From the NCBI GenBank assembly GCA_026988095.1, contig JALSLX010000001.1:2480-66479 (forward strand): 64,000 nucleotides of DNA, given 5' to 3'. The notes beneath the pieces are model-generated. The model did no database searches and was not told the origin of the DNA. It saw nothing but the letters and a program-made list of their open reading frames with translations. The stretch comes from Thiotrichaceae bacterium. GTDB lineage: Bacteria; Pseudomonadota; Gammaproteobacteria; Thiotrichales; Thiotrichaceae. Below are positions 10,130 to 19,740 of the stretch, one piece after another (the first letter of the stretch is position 1; the number at the start of each line of letters is the position of its first letter). The position numbers and the translations under genes are program-made.

Positions 10130-10157
10130 ATGGGTATCGGCGAATGTCGGTATCCAT
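10130..10157. repeat. Family-2 REP-like unit (single, degenerate), probably doubling as secF terminator
   Basis: Reverse complement ATGGATACCGACATTCGCCGATACCCAT closely matches ATGGATACCGGCCTTCGCCGGTATGAC at 25457. Confidence 0.6.
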
Positions 10158-10287
10158 TTCTACAGACCAAATAATACTCACTTATAAAATTTATTCCCCC
10201 TCCAGAATGCCAAAATATTTCTAGTCTTCGATTATTTCAAAATAAAAAATATTCCTCTCTGTTGATATTTAGTAGAGAATAAACGCC

Positions 10288-11661
10288 ATGCTCTCTGCCC
10301 TCCCTTACAAAATAAAAATAGCGTTACTCACGCTTATCCCCTTAATTGTAGCTATTACTGCCATCGCTATGGCCTCAACTCAGCAAACAAAAAAACTTGC
10401 TAACACACAGGTCTTATCATTTGAAAATCAACTTATAGCCGCAAAAAAAGAAGAACTAAAAAACTATATGGGTCTTGCCTATAGCGCCATTAAAAGCATT
10501 TACGAAAGTGAACATATTGCAAAAAAACACGCTAAACAAGAAGTCTACGACACACTTAAAAATATGGAATTTGGTAAAGATGGTTACTTCTTCGTTTACG
10601 ATTACAATGGCATTAATATTGCTCATCCACGCAAACCAGAACTTGAAGGAAAAAACCTACTCAACTTTCAAGATGACAATGGTAAATATTTAATACAAGA
10701 GCTTATCACCAAAGCCAAAAGTGGGGGAGGCTATACACGCTATCTATGGGACAAACCTTCAGGTGGAAAGTCTGTAGAGAAACTCAGCTATTCGATTGGT
10801 TTAGATAAATGGGGCTGGATGGTTGGCACAGGCATTTATATTGATGATATAGAAAAAGGTGTCATAGCAATGAAAGCCAAAGCCAAATTATCTACGACTA
10901 ACACACTGTTAGTTACATCAATGATTGCCATAACTGCCACTTTAGTAATCGCCTTAATCGGATTTTTAGTTAATCTTTCCGAAAGTAAACTTGCCACCCA
11001 AAAAATGCGCAACCTCACCCATAAAACTGTTAATTTTCAAGAAGATGAGCGTAAACGAGTCTCCAGGGAATTGCACGATGGAATTAACCAACTACTTGTA
11101 TCAGTAAGATACAAATTAGATAGTGCAAAAACTAAACTAAAAAAGAGATTCCCCAATGAAGATGTAAGTACCGTCATTACTGATGCTGATGAAATTCTAA
11201 GCATTGGTATACAAGAAGTGAGGCGTATATCACGCGACCTTCGCCCTACTCTGCTAGATGACCTAGGCCTGACCGCTGCACTTGAAAGCCTAAGCAATGA
11301 TTTTTCTGAGCGTAATGATATTGAAATAACCTTTGATAATAATTGCCAAAATCAACGTCTCCCACAGGAAGTTGAAACGGCATTCTATAGAATCGTACAA
11401 GAAGCTCTGACAAATATCGAAAAACACGCACAAACAGCAAGTCATGTTATTCTAAAAATTGACAAAAAAAGAAATCATGCTAATTTAATCATTAAAAATG
11501 ACGGGATCGGCTTTGATAAAACCACCATTGATGAAACGAATCCCGACCGTGGGCTAGGCCTGCGCAATATGATTGATAGAGCAGAATTATTAGAAGGCTT
11601 CCTTACTGTTAATTCTGCACCCGACAAAGGCACCACAGTAATTGTGAACATACCGTTATGA
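10288..11661 (+). CDS. Cache-domain (sCache_2-like) sensor histidine kinase, HisKA_3/NarX class
   Basis: Two TM helices flanking YFFVYDYNGINIAHP; ERKRVSRELHDGINQ H-box; EALTNIEKHA; NDGIGF. Confidence 0.9.
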   Translation: MLSALPYKIKIALLTLIPLIVAITAIAMASTQQTKKLANTQVLSFENQLIAAKKEELKNYMGLAYSAIKSIYESEHIAKKHAKQEVYDTLKNMEFGKDGYFFVYDYNGINIAHPRKPELEGKNLLNFQDDNGKYLIQELITKAKSGGGYTRYLWDKPSGGKSVEKLSYSIGLDKWGWMVGTGIYIDDIEKGVIAMKAKAKLSTTNTLLVTSMIAITATLVIALIGFLVNLSESKLATQKMRNLTHKTVNFQEDERKRVSRELHDGINQLLVSVRYKLDSAKTKLKKRFPNEDVSTVITDADEILSIGIQEVRRISRDLRPTLLDDLGLTAALESLSNDFSERNDIEITFDNNCQNQRLPQEVETAFYRIVQEALTNIEKHAQTASHVILKIDKKRNHANLIIKNDGIGFDKTTIDETNPDRGLGLRNMIDRAELLEGFLTVNSAPDKGTTVIVNIPL

Positions 11662-12320
11662 ATTCAATCCAGACACCATCCACAACGATAGAACCTTCAA
11701 GTGAACTTACTCCAATCACTGTCGTTTTAGCTGATGATCACCCACTCGTTCAAGATGGTATCCGCACACGTTTTGAAGAAGTCGAAGACATCAATGTCAT
11801 CGGTGTAGCTAATAATGGGCAAGAACTATTAGACCAAGCAGAAGCCTTAACACCCGACATTATCATCGCAGATATAAGTATGCCCATCATTAACGGTTTA
11901 GAAGCTACCCGAAAACTATCCCAATCACACCCACACATAAAAGTGCTAATTTTAACCATGCACGATAATAAAGAATATATGCAGAATGCGATTGATTCTG
12001 GTGCTAAAGGTTATATTTTAAAAGATCAGCCAGCGGCTGAAATGATTGAAGCCGTTCGCGCGATCCATAAAGGAAAACAACATTTTTGCTCCAGCGCTAC
12101 TGCGGTAGCCAATAGTAGAAAGGATGCTAGTGACTTAACTAAACGTGAACAGTTAATTTTAGTAGAACTATTAAATGGTTTAAATAATAAAAATATAGCG
12201 GAGAAGCATTCAATCAGTGTTCGAACAGTAGAATGTCACCGTGGAAATATTTATCGGAAGATAGAATCACACTCAATCTCAGGACTAATTCGTTACGCAA
12301 AGAAACATGGATACGTATAA
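11658..12320 (+). CDS. NarL/FixJ-family response regulator (REC + LuxR HTH)
   Basis: LADDHPLV, DISMP, LTKRE...TVECHRGNIYRK; ATGA-type overlap with the kinase. Confidence 0.92.
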   Translation: MNSIQTPSTTIEPSSELTPITVVLADDHPLVQDGIRTRFEEVEDINVIGVANNGQELLDQAEALTPDIIIADISMPIINGLEATRKLSQSHPHIKVLILTMHDNKEYMQNAIDSGAKGYILKDQPAAEMIEAVRAIHKGKQHFCSSATAVANSRKDASDLTKREQLILVELLNGLNNKNIAEKHSISVRTVECHRGNIYRKIESHSISGLIRYAKKHGYV

Positions 12321-12346
12321 CTCTTCTCTTTTATTTCTACTCACTA

Positions 12347-12376
12347 TTAAACTCTTAAACTCTTAAACTCTTAAAC
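12347..12376. repeat. Octamer tandem repeat (TTAAACTC) x3.75
   Basis: Units start at 12347, 12355, 12363 and 12371 (partial). Confidence 0.85.
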
Positions 12377-12391
12377 AGCATCTTTTTTAAT

Positions 12392-12465
12392 TCACGCCTT
12401 GCCCAGTTTTCAATAATTTATACATAATTTAAATTACAAATCATCGAAAACAGGGGGAGGTGGGT
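12392..12465. repeat. Family-1 element, decayed doublet
   Basis: Right arm TACAAATCATCGAAAACAGGGGGAGGTGGG from 12435; eroded left arm ...CCCAGTTTTCAATAATTTATA with G-to-A changes. Confidence 0.75.
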
Positions 12466-12508
12466 TATTTAAAACAGCCCATTTATAAGAAAAGTATCAA
12501 AAAACACC

Positions 12509-12566
12509 AGCTTATCCTTAGGCTTAGCTCTCACCGAAAAGGATAAGCTAATAATAAGTATTATTA
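12509..12566. promoter_or_regulatory. Paired inverted repeats upstream of the TRAP operon (candidate operator or leader structure)
   Basis: AGCTTATCCTT-N19-AAGGATAAGCT immediately followed by TAATAAT-AAGT-ATTATTA. Confidence 0.35.
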
Positions 12567-12655
12567 CCGATGCACACCTCCAATCCATAAGCTACTATCC
12601 TAGGGTGAATAAATAAAAAATCACAACCCAATAATTTCAATGAGGATGGAATAAG

Positions 12656-13756
12656 ATGGATAGACGTAAAGCTCTAAAAGGTGCCGTAGTAGGCGCAGCA
12701 ACTGCAGCAGCAGCTGTTGCAACAGCCCCAGCTATGGCTGCAAAGCATGGCAAAGTAATCAAAATTAATATGGTTTCTACTTGGCCTAAGGATTTCCCTG
12801 GCCTAGGAACTGGCGCGCAGCGTTTCGCTAAAAGTATCACTGAAATGAGTGGCGGACGTATGGAAGTTAAATACTATGCAGCTGGTGAGCGCGTTAAGCC
12901 ATTCGATTCATTCGATGAAGTTGCTTCTGGTAACTCTCAGATGTACCACGGTGCAGAGTATTACTGGAAAGGTAAACACCCAGGTTTTGCATACTTCACT
13001 TCAGTTCCATTTGGTTTAACTGTAACAGAGATGAATGCTTGGATTAACTTTGGCGGTGGTCAAGAGTTATGGGATAAGCTAACAGCTAGTTTTGGTATTA
13101 AATCACTTATGTGTGGCAACACAGGTGTTCAAATGGGGGGTTGGTTCCGTAAAGAAATGAACTCTGCTTCTGATTTTAAAGGCCTGAAAATGCGCATCCC
13201 AGGTTTGGGTGGTGACGTTCTTGCTAAGTTAGGTGCTTCACCTGTTTCATTACCTGGTGGTCAGATTTATGAAAACTTAGTATCAGGCGCACTAGATGCA
13301 ACTGAGTGGGTTGGCCCTTGGAATGACAAGATTATGAAATTCTACGAAGCAGCTAAATACTACTACTACCCAGGCATGCATGAGCCAGGCGCAATGCTTG
13401 CTGTAGGCATGAACAAGAAGTGGTGGGACGGCTTATCAGAAGAGAATCAAGCAATCATCAAAGCGGCAGCAGCTCAAGAAAATGACAAAATGATGTCAGA
13501 GTACAACGCTAAAAACGGTGAAGCACTTGAGTCATTAGTTAAAGAACATGGTGTTAAGCTACGTGCATTTAGTGATGATATTTACGATAGCTTCGGTGAA
13601 GCAGCAGATGAAGTTTTTGCTGATGTTAAGAAACATAGCCCTCTAGCTAAAGAAATTCACGAAAGCTTTGTTGAGGCTCGCGCGAATATCGGTAGCTGGG
13701 CTAAGATCTCTGATCAAGCTTATGTTCAACAACGTAACCGCGTTCTTGGTCTATAG
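12656..13756 (+). CDS. dctP: TRAP substrate-binding protein DctP, TakP-like, Tat-type leader
   Basis: MDRRKALK leader; GNTGVQMGGWF, KMRIPGLGG, DATEWVGPWND, YYYPGMHEPG; codon usage of a highly expressed gene. Confidence 0.9.
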   Translation: MDRRKALKGAVVGAATAAAAVATAPAMAAKHGKVIKINMVSTWPKDFPGLGTGAQRFAKSITEMSGGRMEVKYYAAGERVKPFDSFDEVASGNSQMYHGAEYYWKGKHPGFAYFTSVPFGLTVTEMNAWINFGGGQELWDKLTASFGIKSLMCGNTGVQMGGWFRKEMNSASDFKGLKMRIPGLGGDVLAKLGASPVSLPGGQIYENLVSGALDATEWVGPWNDKIMKFYEAAKYYYYPGMHEPGAMLAVGMNKKWWDGLSEENQAIIKAAAAQENDKMMSEYNAKNGEALESLVKEHGVKLRAFSDDIYDSFGEAADEVFADVKKHSPLAKEIHESFVEARANIGSWAKISDQAYVQQRNRVLGL

Positions 13757-13776
13757 AGTTTTTTCTATAGAGAGAT

Positions 13777-13807
13777 AAGAAAACGGAGCCTAGTGCTCCG
13801 TTTTCTT
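13777..13807 (+). terminator. Intrinsic terminator/attenuator after dctP
   Basis: AAGAAAACGGAGC-CTAGT-GCTCCGTTTTCTT. Confidence 0.75.
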
Positions 13808-13937
13808 TGTGTTTTATGCAGAATTTTTTATAAAAAACCTTTGCATGAGATAGAAAAAGGATTTTTGCTAAATAGATTGTCACAATTCATTTAGCAAAAC
13901 TTCTTTATCGTCAATTTGATAAAAGGCTCTACACTAA

Positions 13938-14963
13938 ATGAATCCAGCTGTTCTTAACCCTCTCCATAACGAGCAATCTCGTTCAAAATTCTTTATTCGT
14001 ATTATTGGGCAAATCCTCGTTGCTACAGTTCTACTTTATTTAGTCAGTCGTTATTTAATTTATTGGCAAGATTGGCCTGACCTTACTCAATCTATACAAA
14101 CATTAATAGGTTCAAATGAAGCACAAGAAAATCCTAGCTTATTAAAAAGTACCGCCTTGTTAATGGGCTATTTTTCTGTTTTTATATTTATATTTATTCA
14201 TGTTTCAAAAACTCCCAATACCACACTAACTGATGATTCGGATAGATACCGAAAGCTAGTATTTTATATTATACGGTTTGCCTTTTGGTCAGTGTTTTTA
14301 GTAGGCTTAGCCGACACGATTATCTCCTTATTACGTGTTGAGAATTTTCTCTTACCGCTTGTAGGTGAGAGCCTCGATGACACCTTAGGGCTTGCTACTA
14401 AACGTGGGCTTTATGTGCACTACCCCTTAATTGCGATCTCACTGGTTATTGCGTGGTTTAGTCGTTCGCTTGGTTTTACATGGCTGGCTTTTTTAGTCGT
14501 TTTAGCAGAATTTTTTATTGTACTAAGCCGTTTTATATTCTCGTATGAGCAAGCCTATATGGGGGATTTAGTACGGTTTTGGTATGCTGCCCTATTCTTA
14601 TTCGCCAGCGCTTATACCCTATACGACAACGGGCACGTACGCGTCGATGTTCTTTATGCTCGCTTTAAACCTCGCAAAAAAGCTTGGGTAAATGCAATTG
14701 GCACAATGCTTTTGGGCCTGCCTTTATGTTGGACAATTTTACATTACGGCATGGGTACAAAACAAAGTAGCTTGATTAGCCCAATTATCACGTTTGAAGT
14801 TTCACAGAGTGGCTACGGACTTTACGTAAAATATTTAATGGCAGGGTTCTTAATAGTGTTTGCCGTAAGCATGGCAATTCAGTTTGTGAGTTTATTTTTA
14901 AGCAGTTGTGCTTATCTGTTTAATGAAAAAGATGCACCAATGCCAGCAGGAGGAGAACACTAA
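13938..14963 (+). CDS. dctQ: TRAP small permease DctQ with N-terminal extra TM region
   Basis: C-terminal DctQ core (WYAALFLF, GHVRVDVLY); 341 aa, about twice the usual size. Confidence 0.85.
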   Translation: MNPAVLNPLHNEQSRSKFFIRIIGQILVATVLLYLVSRYLIYWQDWPDLTQSIQTLIGSNEAQENPSLLKSTALLMGYFSVFIFIFIHVSKTPNTTLTDDSDRYRKLVFYIIRFAFWSVFLVGLADTIISLLRVENFLLPLVGESLDDTLGLATKRGLYVHYPLIAISLVIAWFSRSLGFTWLAFLVVLAEFFIVLSRFIFSYEQAYMGDLVRFWYAALFLFASAYTLYDNGHVRVDVLYARFKPRKKAWVNAIGTMLLGLPLCWTILHYGMGTKQSSLISPIITFEVSQSGYGLYVKYLMAGFLIVFAVSMAIQFVSLFLSSCAYLFNEKDAPMPAGGEH

Positions 14964-17635
14964 TGGAATTATTCTTCCTAGCAGTATTATTCGGCTCAAT
15001 GGTTTGGGCGCTTATCTCTGGTTTCCCCGTTGCTTTTGCCTTACCTGGTTCAGCCATACTTACCGTTGGTTTAGCGGCGGCTTCTGGCTATATTTTTGCG
15101 GGCGATTCTAGTGCTTATTTTGCACAAGATGGCCCCTCGCAATGGCTAAGCGCAGGCGTGACGAACTTTAGAAGTTTATACTGGATAGTTGAGCGCGACA
15201 CGCTCATCGCCATACCGTTGTTTATCTTTATGGGCATTATGTTACAGCGCTCAAAAATAGCCGAAGATTTATTAATTGCGATGGCGCAGCTATTTGGCCC
15301 ATTACCGGGTGGCTTGGGTATTTCAGTTGTTTTTGTAGGTACATTGCTCGCAGCAACCACAGGTATTGTTGGCGCCACAGTGATTGCTATGGGTTTAATT
15401 TCGTTGCCCGCCATGCTAAAAAATAATTATTCAAAATCACTGGCAACAGGGACTATCTGCGCATCAGGAACTTTAGGGCAAATCATTCCGCCCTCAATCG
15501 TTTTAATCATTCTTGCTGATCAATTATCAAGCGCTGCTGACCAAGCGAACACCATGCGAAAAGCACTCTACAAAGAAGCAACGGGCGAATTTTCAATGCC
15601 GTCACACTTTGATGTGGTTTCTGCTAGTGCAGGCGATATGTTTATGGGCGCATTAATCCCTGGGATGATTTTGGTTGGTTTATACATGCTGTATATTCTT
15701 ATTGTTGCCATGATCAAACCCGAGATGGCGCCCCCTGTGCCTTACGAAGGTGAATATGATCGCAAGTTTGCTTTAAACATTTTCCTGTCGCTTGTACCAC
15801 CTTTAACACTTATTTTTGTCGTGCTCGGCTCTATCCTTTTGGGTGTTGCTACGGTTAACCAGGCAGGCTCTATCGGTGCGATTGGTGCCATGATTATGGC
15901 GGGTTATCGGCTTCATACTGGTGCAAAAAACACTGCTTACATTCCCACTATTATTGCTTTGTTGGCATTAATTGTTATTGCATATTTCACGAGTAACTAC
16001 GATCTTAATATTAAAAATATTAAAAGTGATGAACAATTGATTCATATAAAACTCACAGCCATAGCTGTCGGTTTTTTATTATTTTCTGTTGCTTGGAGTG
16101 CATTACGAGTTTATAAAATTGATAACACCTTAAAAGAAGTCATGGTCGAAACAGCTAAAACCACTTCAATGGTTTTTATTATCCTTATCGGTGCGGCAAT
16201 GCTGACATCCGCCTTCCGTGGCTTTGGTGGTGAAGAGATTGTGAAGCATTTTTTAACTACCCTTCCCGGTGGATTTTGGACACAATTTATTGTAGTCATG
16301 CTGGTTATTTTCTTGCTTGGTTTCTTCCTCGATTTTATAGAAATTGCTGTTGTTGTGGTGCCTATTGTGGCCCCCATCCTATTATCAAATCCAGAAGCTA
16401 ACGTAACAGCTGTATGGTTAGGCGTAATGATTGGCTTGAATATTCAAACATCATTTTTAACCCCCCCCTTTGGCTTTGCACTTTTCTATCTACGCGGTGT
16501 TGCTGATAAAGTTGTTAAAACGATGGATATTTACAAGGGAGCGTCTGCCTTTATTGCGCTACAGTTATTAGGTTTAGCCATCGTTGGTTTCTTTCCGAGC
16601 CTTGTGAATTATTTACCCAATCGAAGTCATTTACTCTCTGAAACAGCTCCGCCTCCTTTAAATCCTAAGCTACAGATTTGTCTCGAAGATTACACAATGG
16701 GGCAATACGCAAGCGATGGTGAAAAAATCAAAGCAAGTATTGATACAGCAAAAGGCTTTGATATTAGCTATTTGCCTAAAAAACTGCAGACACGTTTTAC
16801 AGAAAGTATTGATGAGGCAAACCACGGCCTTAAACTTGTCGAAAAAGTAAAAGCTTCGAAAACTAAGCTTGATAACTATATTGTTGGCTATCAAACGCTA
16901 CAAAAGCAGGTGCTTTATACGAATTCTGATATAAAAAATGTCACCAGAAAAATCAAAGAAATAGAAAAAGAGATGAAACAAATTGCCAACGAAAGTGATG
17001 AATTTACTAGTCTTGAACAAAATATAAAAGATCTATTGGCTGAAAAATCAGCTCTTGAGAATACTATTCCAGAAGAATGGGAAAGTAGGCAGAAAGAGTA
17101 CAAAGCCTTGGATAAACAGCTAACTAAAGACCGTAGACGCTACTTCAGTACTGTTGACTCATCAACAGAAACACTGCAAGAGTTACAACTTACCATCACT
17201 GATGGCGAAAAGTTGGCGGCACTTTCCCCTGATTTAAAGGCGTTAGATGCTGTTATCGTTAATGCTGATATTAGTAGTAAAAGCAAAAATGCGATCGCTA
17301 AAATTAAGAAAGTAGAAAATGCTTTTGCCAGCCTAAAAGGTGCGAACGCAATAAAATCTAAACTATCAAAAGCCAGACGATTACTCAAAAAAGCGAAAGA
17401 TGATGAAGCAAAAGATAAGGCTATGGGCTTTATGCGACAAGCACACAAGGAATTTTCAGCTGAGATGATATGGCGAAAGCGTGCTAAGTCTGAACTACTT
17501 CCTGACCTTAAAAACTACGAGATAGCACTATCTAAAACCATTGGTATACGTTTGCAAGAGCGCTTAACCGAAGAACAGGCATTAGGTGTAGCGAGCTGTA
17601 TGTCGCATCATAAGGACTTATCGTTAGCTTTTTAG
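14963..17635 (+). CDS. dctM: TRAP large permease DctM with ~330-aa soluble C-terminal extension
   Basis: AIPLFIFMG, SGTLGQIIPPSI, FLTPPFG; hydrophilic Lys/Glu-rich helical tail after the last TM. Confidence 0.9.
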   Translation: MELFFLAVLFGSMVWALISGFPVAFALPGSAILTVGLAAASGYIFAGDSSAYFAQDGPSQWLSAGVTNFRSLYWIVERDTLIAIPLFIFMGIMLQRSKIAEDLLIAMAQLFGPLPGGLGISVVFVGTLLAATTGIVGATVIAMGLISLPAMLKNNYSKSLATGTICASGTLGQIIPPSIVLIILADQLSSAADQANTMRKALYKEATGEFSMPSHFDVVSASAGDMFMGALIPGMILVGLYMLYILIVAMIKPEMAPPVPYEGEYDRKFALNIFLSLVPPLTLIFVVLGSILLGVATVNQAGSIGAIGAMIMAGYRLHTGAKNTAYIPTIIALLALIVIAYFTSNYDLNIKNIKSDEQLIHIKLTAIAVGFLLFSVAWSALRVYKIDNTLKEVMVETAKTTSMVFIILIGAAMLTSAFRGFGGEEIVKHFLTTLPGGFWTQFIVVMLVIFLLGFFLDFIEIAVVVVPIVAPILLSNPEANVTAVWLGVMIGLNIQTSFLTPPFGFALFYLRGVADKVVKTMDIYKGASAFIALQLLGLAIVGFFPSLVNYLPNRSHLLSETAPPPLNPKLQICLEDYTMGQYASDGEKIKASIDTAKGFDISYLPKKLQTRFTESIDEANHGLKLVEKVKASKTKLDNYIVGYQTLQKQVLYTNSDIKNVTRKIKEIEKEMKQIANESDEFTSLEQNIKDLLAEKSALENTIPEEWESRQKEYKALDKQLTKDRRRYFSTVDSSTETLQELQLTITDGEKLAALSPDLKALDAVIVNADISSKSKNAIAKIKKVENAFASLKGANAIKSKLSKARRLLKKAKDDEAKDKAMGFMRQAHKEFSAEMIWRKRAKSELLPDLKNYEIALSKTIGIRLQERLTEEQALGVASCMSHHKDLSLAF

Positions 17636-17673
17636 TGAATTTACCATATTGTTTTCAACATGGTAAATTCACT
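17634..17673. terminator. Hairpin terminator between convergent dctM and PRTase
   Basis: AGTGAATTTACCAT-N12-ATGGTAAATTCACT. Confidence 0.7.
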
Positions 17674-17774
17674 TATGTCGCTGTCTTTATAGCGACTTAT
17701 TAACTGATATTTCAATATTTTTTTTAGTTTCTCAACCCATTCACATCCGCCTTCTCAACGAAGTAAATCATGCC

Positions 17775-18341
17775 CTACTTATTATAGCTTTGCATAATTT
17801 CTTCAAGTCCTGGTTTATTGGAGAAAATTTCTTTTTCATTCAAGCCATCTAACTCATGCGGAAACACCAGCCAATCATCGGTTGAATGGAGATAATAATC
17901 AGGCACAATTTCTGTCATATTTTTATTAGGCTTAAACCATGGTACTGCAATACGAATATCATCAGGAGTATTACGCCTTGCTTTTTTCTTAAGCGTATTG
18001 ATAACCGCTTGAACACTGCGACCAGAATCAAAAACATCATCAACCAACAGTAAATTATCATCATAGTTTATATTGTTTAAAATATATTCTAATCCATGCA
18101 CTTTCACCGTTTTATCTTGCTTGCCAATGCCGTAATACGATGATGTACGAATCGCGATGTGATCAGATTCCACTCCCAAATAATGCAGTATTTCTTGTAC
18201 CGCGATACCAACTGGTGTGCCACCACGCCATATACCAACAATGTAGTCGGGTTTAAACCCACTATTTAGAATATTGATTCCAAGGCGGTAAGAATCGAGC
18301 AAAAGATCATTGGCATTGAGATAAATTTTATCGGCTGACAT
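17775..18341 (-). CDS. Type I phosphoribosyltransferase (hypoxanthine/xanthine-guanine PRT-like)
   Basis: IVGIWRGG, LLVDDVFDSGRS PRPP-binding motif, WLVFPHE. ATG at 18341 preferred over TTG at 18371. Confidence 0.85.
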   Translation of the reverse strand: MSADKIYLNANDLLLDSYRLGINILNSGFKPDYIVGIWRGGTPVGIAVQEILHYLGVESDHIAIRTSSYYGIGKQDKTVKVHGLEYILNNINYDDNLLLVDDVFDSGRSVQAVINTLKKKARRNTPDDIRIAVPWFKPNKNMTEIVPDYYLHSTDDWLVFPHELDGLNEKEIFSNKPGLEEIMQSYNK

Positions 18342-18460
18342 ATTTTTAACTACTGAATAATTGAATTGCAAGCCTACAGTTAATCGGAATTTTCTTCAAT
18401 CTTGTAACAGACTATTCTAGAATAATACGTACAAAAATTATAATAATCAGGCACTGCAAC

Positions 18461-19732
18461 ATGGATTTCAAAAAATACCTTCGCGCTCTCGTTCAACATG
18501 ATGGTTCTGACCTTTACCTTACATTTGATGCCCCTCCTTCCGCTAAATTTCAGGGAGAACTAAAACCATTAAGTCGTAATAGAATGACTTCGGAACAGTT
18601 AGATCAAATCGCTAAATCATTAATGAATGAAGAACAGCAGAAACAGTTTGATCATAAGCCTGAAATGAACTTAGCACTGGATGAGCCAAACATTGGACGC
18701 TTTCGTATTAATATTTTTAAACAGCGTACTCATGTAGCGATGGTTATTCGAAATATAAAAGTTGAAATACCAAATGCTGATGACCTAGGTTTACCGCCCA
18801 TTTTAAAAGAAATTATTATGAAAAAAAGGGGGTTAGTTCTATTTGTTGGTGGTACAGGCTCTGGTAAATCTACATCATTGGCTGCTTTAATTGATCATCG
18901 CAATTCAAATGCTACTGGGCATATTGTTACTATTGAAGACCCTATTGAATATGTGCATCCTCATAAAAAATCTATAGTCAACCAACGAGAAGTAGGTGTA
19001 GATACTGACTGTTATGAAGATGCCCTAGAAAACACATTACGCCAAGCACCTGATGTGATTTTGATTGGCGAAATTCGCACAGAAGAAACAATGGAGCACG
19101 CCCTAGCTTTTGCTGAAACAGGACATCTTTGTCTTTCTACATTACACGCAAATAATTCAAATCAAGCGCTTGATCGTATAATTAACTTCTTCCCTGAAGA
19201 ACGTCATAATCAATTATTGATGGATATTTCTATCAATATTCAAGCTTTCATTTCACAACGTTTAATCCCTACGATTGATGGTAAACGTGTAGCGGCTATC
19301 GAAATCTTAATTGGGACACCAATGATTAAAGACCTAATCATGAAAGGTGACATCATGGCTATCAAAGAAATAATGGAAAAATCAGAAGAGCTTGGGATGC
19401 AAACTTTTGATAGCCATATCTATAGGCTATACAAATCTGGCATTATTTCCTTAGAAGAAGCACTTAAAAATGCTGACTCTGCCAGTAACCTACAAGTACG
19501 TATCAACCTTGAAGATAGTAACTTTGCCGAGAGTGGATTAAAAAATGATGTACATCCTACCAATGATGGTGAAGAAAATTCAGAAAAGAATGATGATGAC
19601 TTCTTATTCGAAGGTTTAGCACTTGAAGAGCTCGTTACGGAAGATGATAAAGCTAAGGTAGAAAAAGTAAAAACGCCCCAAGAACTCATGGATGAAAAAA
19701 TTGCAGCACGTGCAAATCAACTGACTGAATAG
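18461..19732 (+). CDS. pilU: PilT/PilU-family type IV pilus retraction ATPase (PilU-like) with acidic tail
   Basis: GGTGSGKST, TIEDPIE, LRQAPDVILIGEIR, TGHLCLSTLHANN. Confidence 0.85.
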   Translation: MDFKKYLRALVQHDGSDLYLTFDAPPSAKFQGELKPLSRNRMTSEQLDQIAKSLMNEEQQKQFDHKPEMNLALDEPNIGRFRINIFKQRTHVAMVIRNIKVEIPNADDLGLPPILKEIIMKKRGLVLFVGGTGSGKSTSLAALIDHRNSNATGHIVTIEDPIEYVHPHKKSIVNQREVGVDTDCYEDALENTLRQAPDVILIGEIRTEETMEHALAFAETGHLCLSTLHANNSNQALDRIINFFPEERHNQLLMDISINIQAFISQRLIPTIDGKRVAAIEILIGTPMIKDLIMKGDIMAIKEIMEKSEELGMQTFDSHIYRLYKSGIISLEEALKNADSASNLQVRINLEDSNFAESGLKNDVHPTNDGEENSEKNDDDFLFEGLALEELVTEDDKAKVEKVKTPQELMDEKIAARANQLTE

Positions 19733-19740
19733 TTTTTTCT

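Noticed and set aside
12509-12549. Glycine riboswitch (CTCTCA...AAAAGGA resemblance)
   Set aside because: Lacks the GGAGA and CCGAAG-GCAA core arrangement and is far too short for the aptamer.
16459-16470. C8 run in dctM as a phase-variation tract or repeat copy
   Set aside because: It encodes the conserved TPPFG motif, the frame is intact, and the flanks do not match the family-1 arm.
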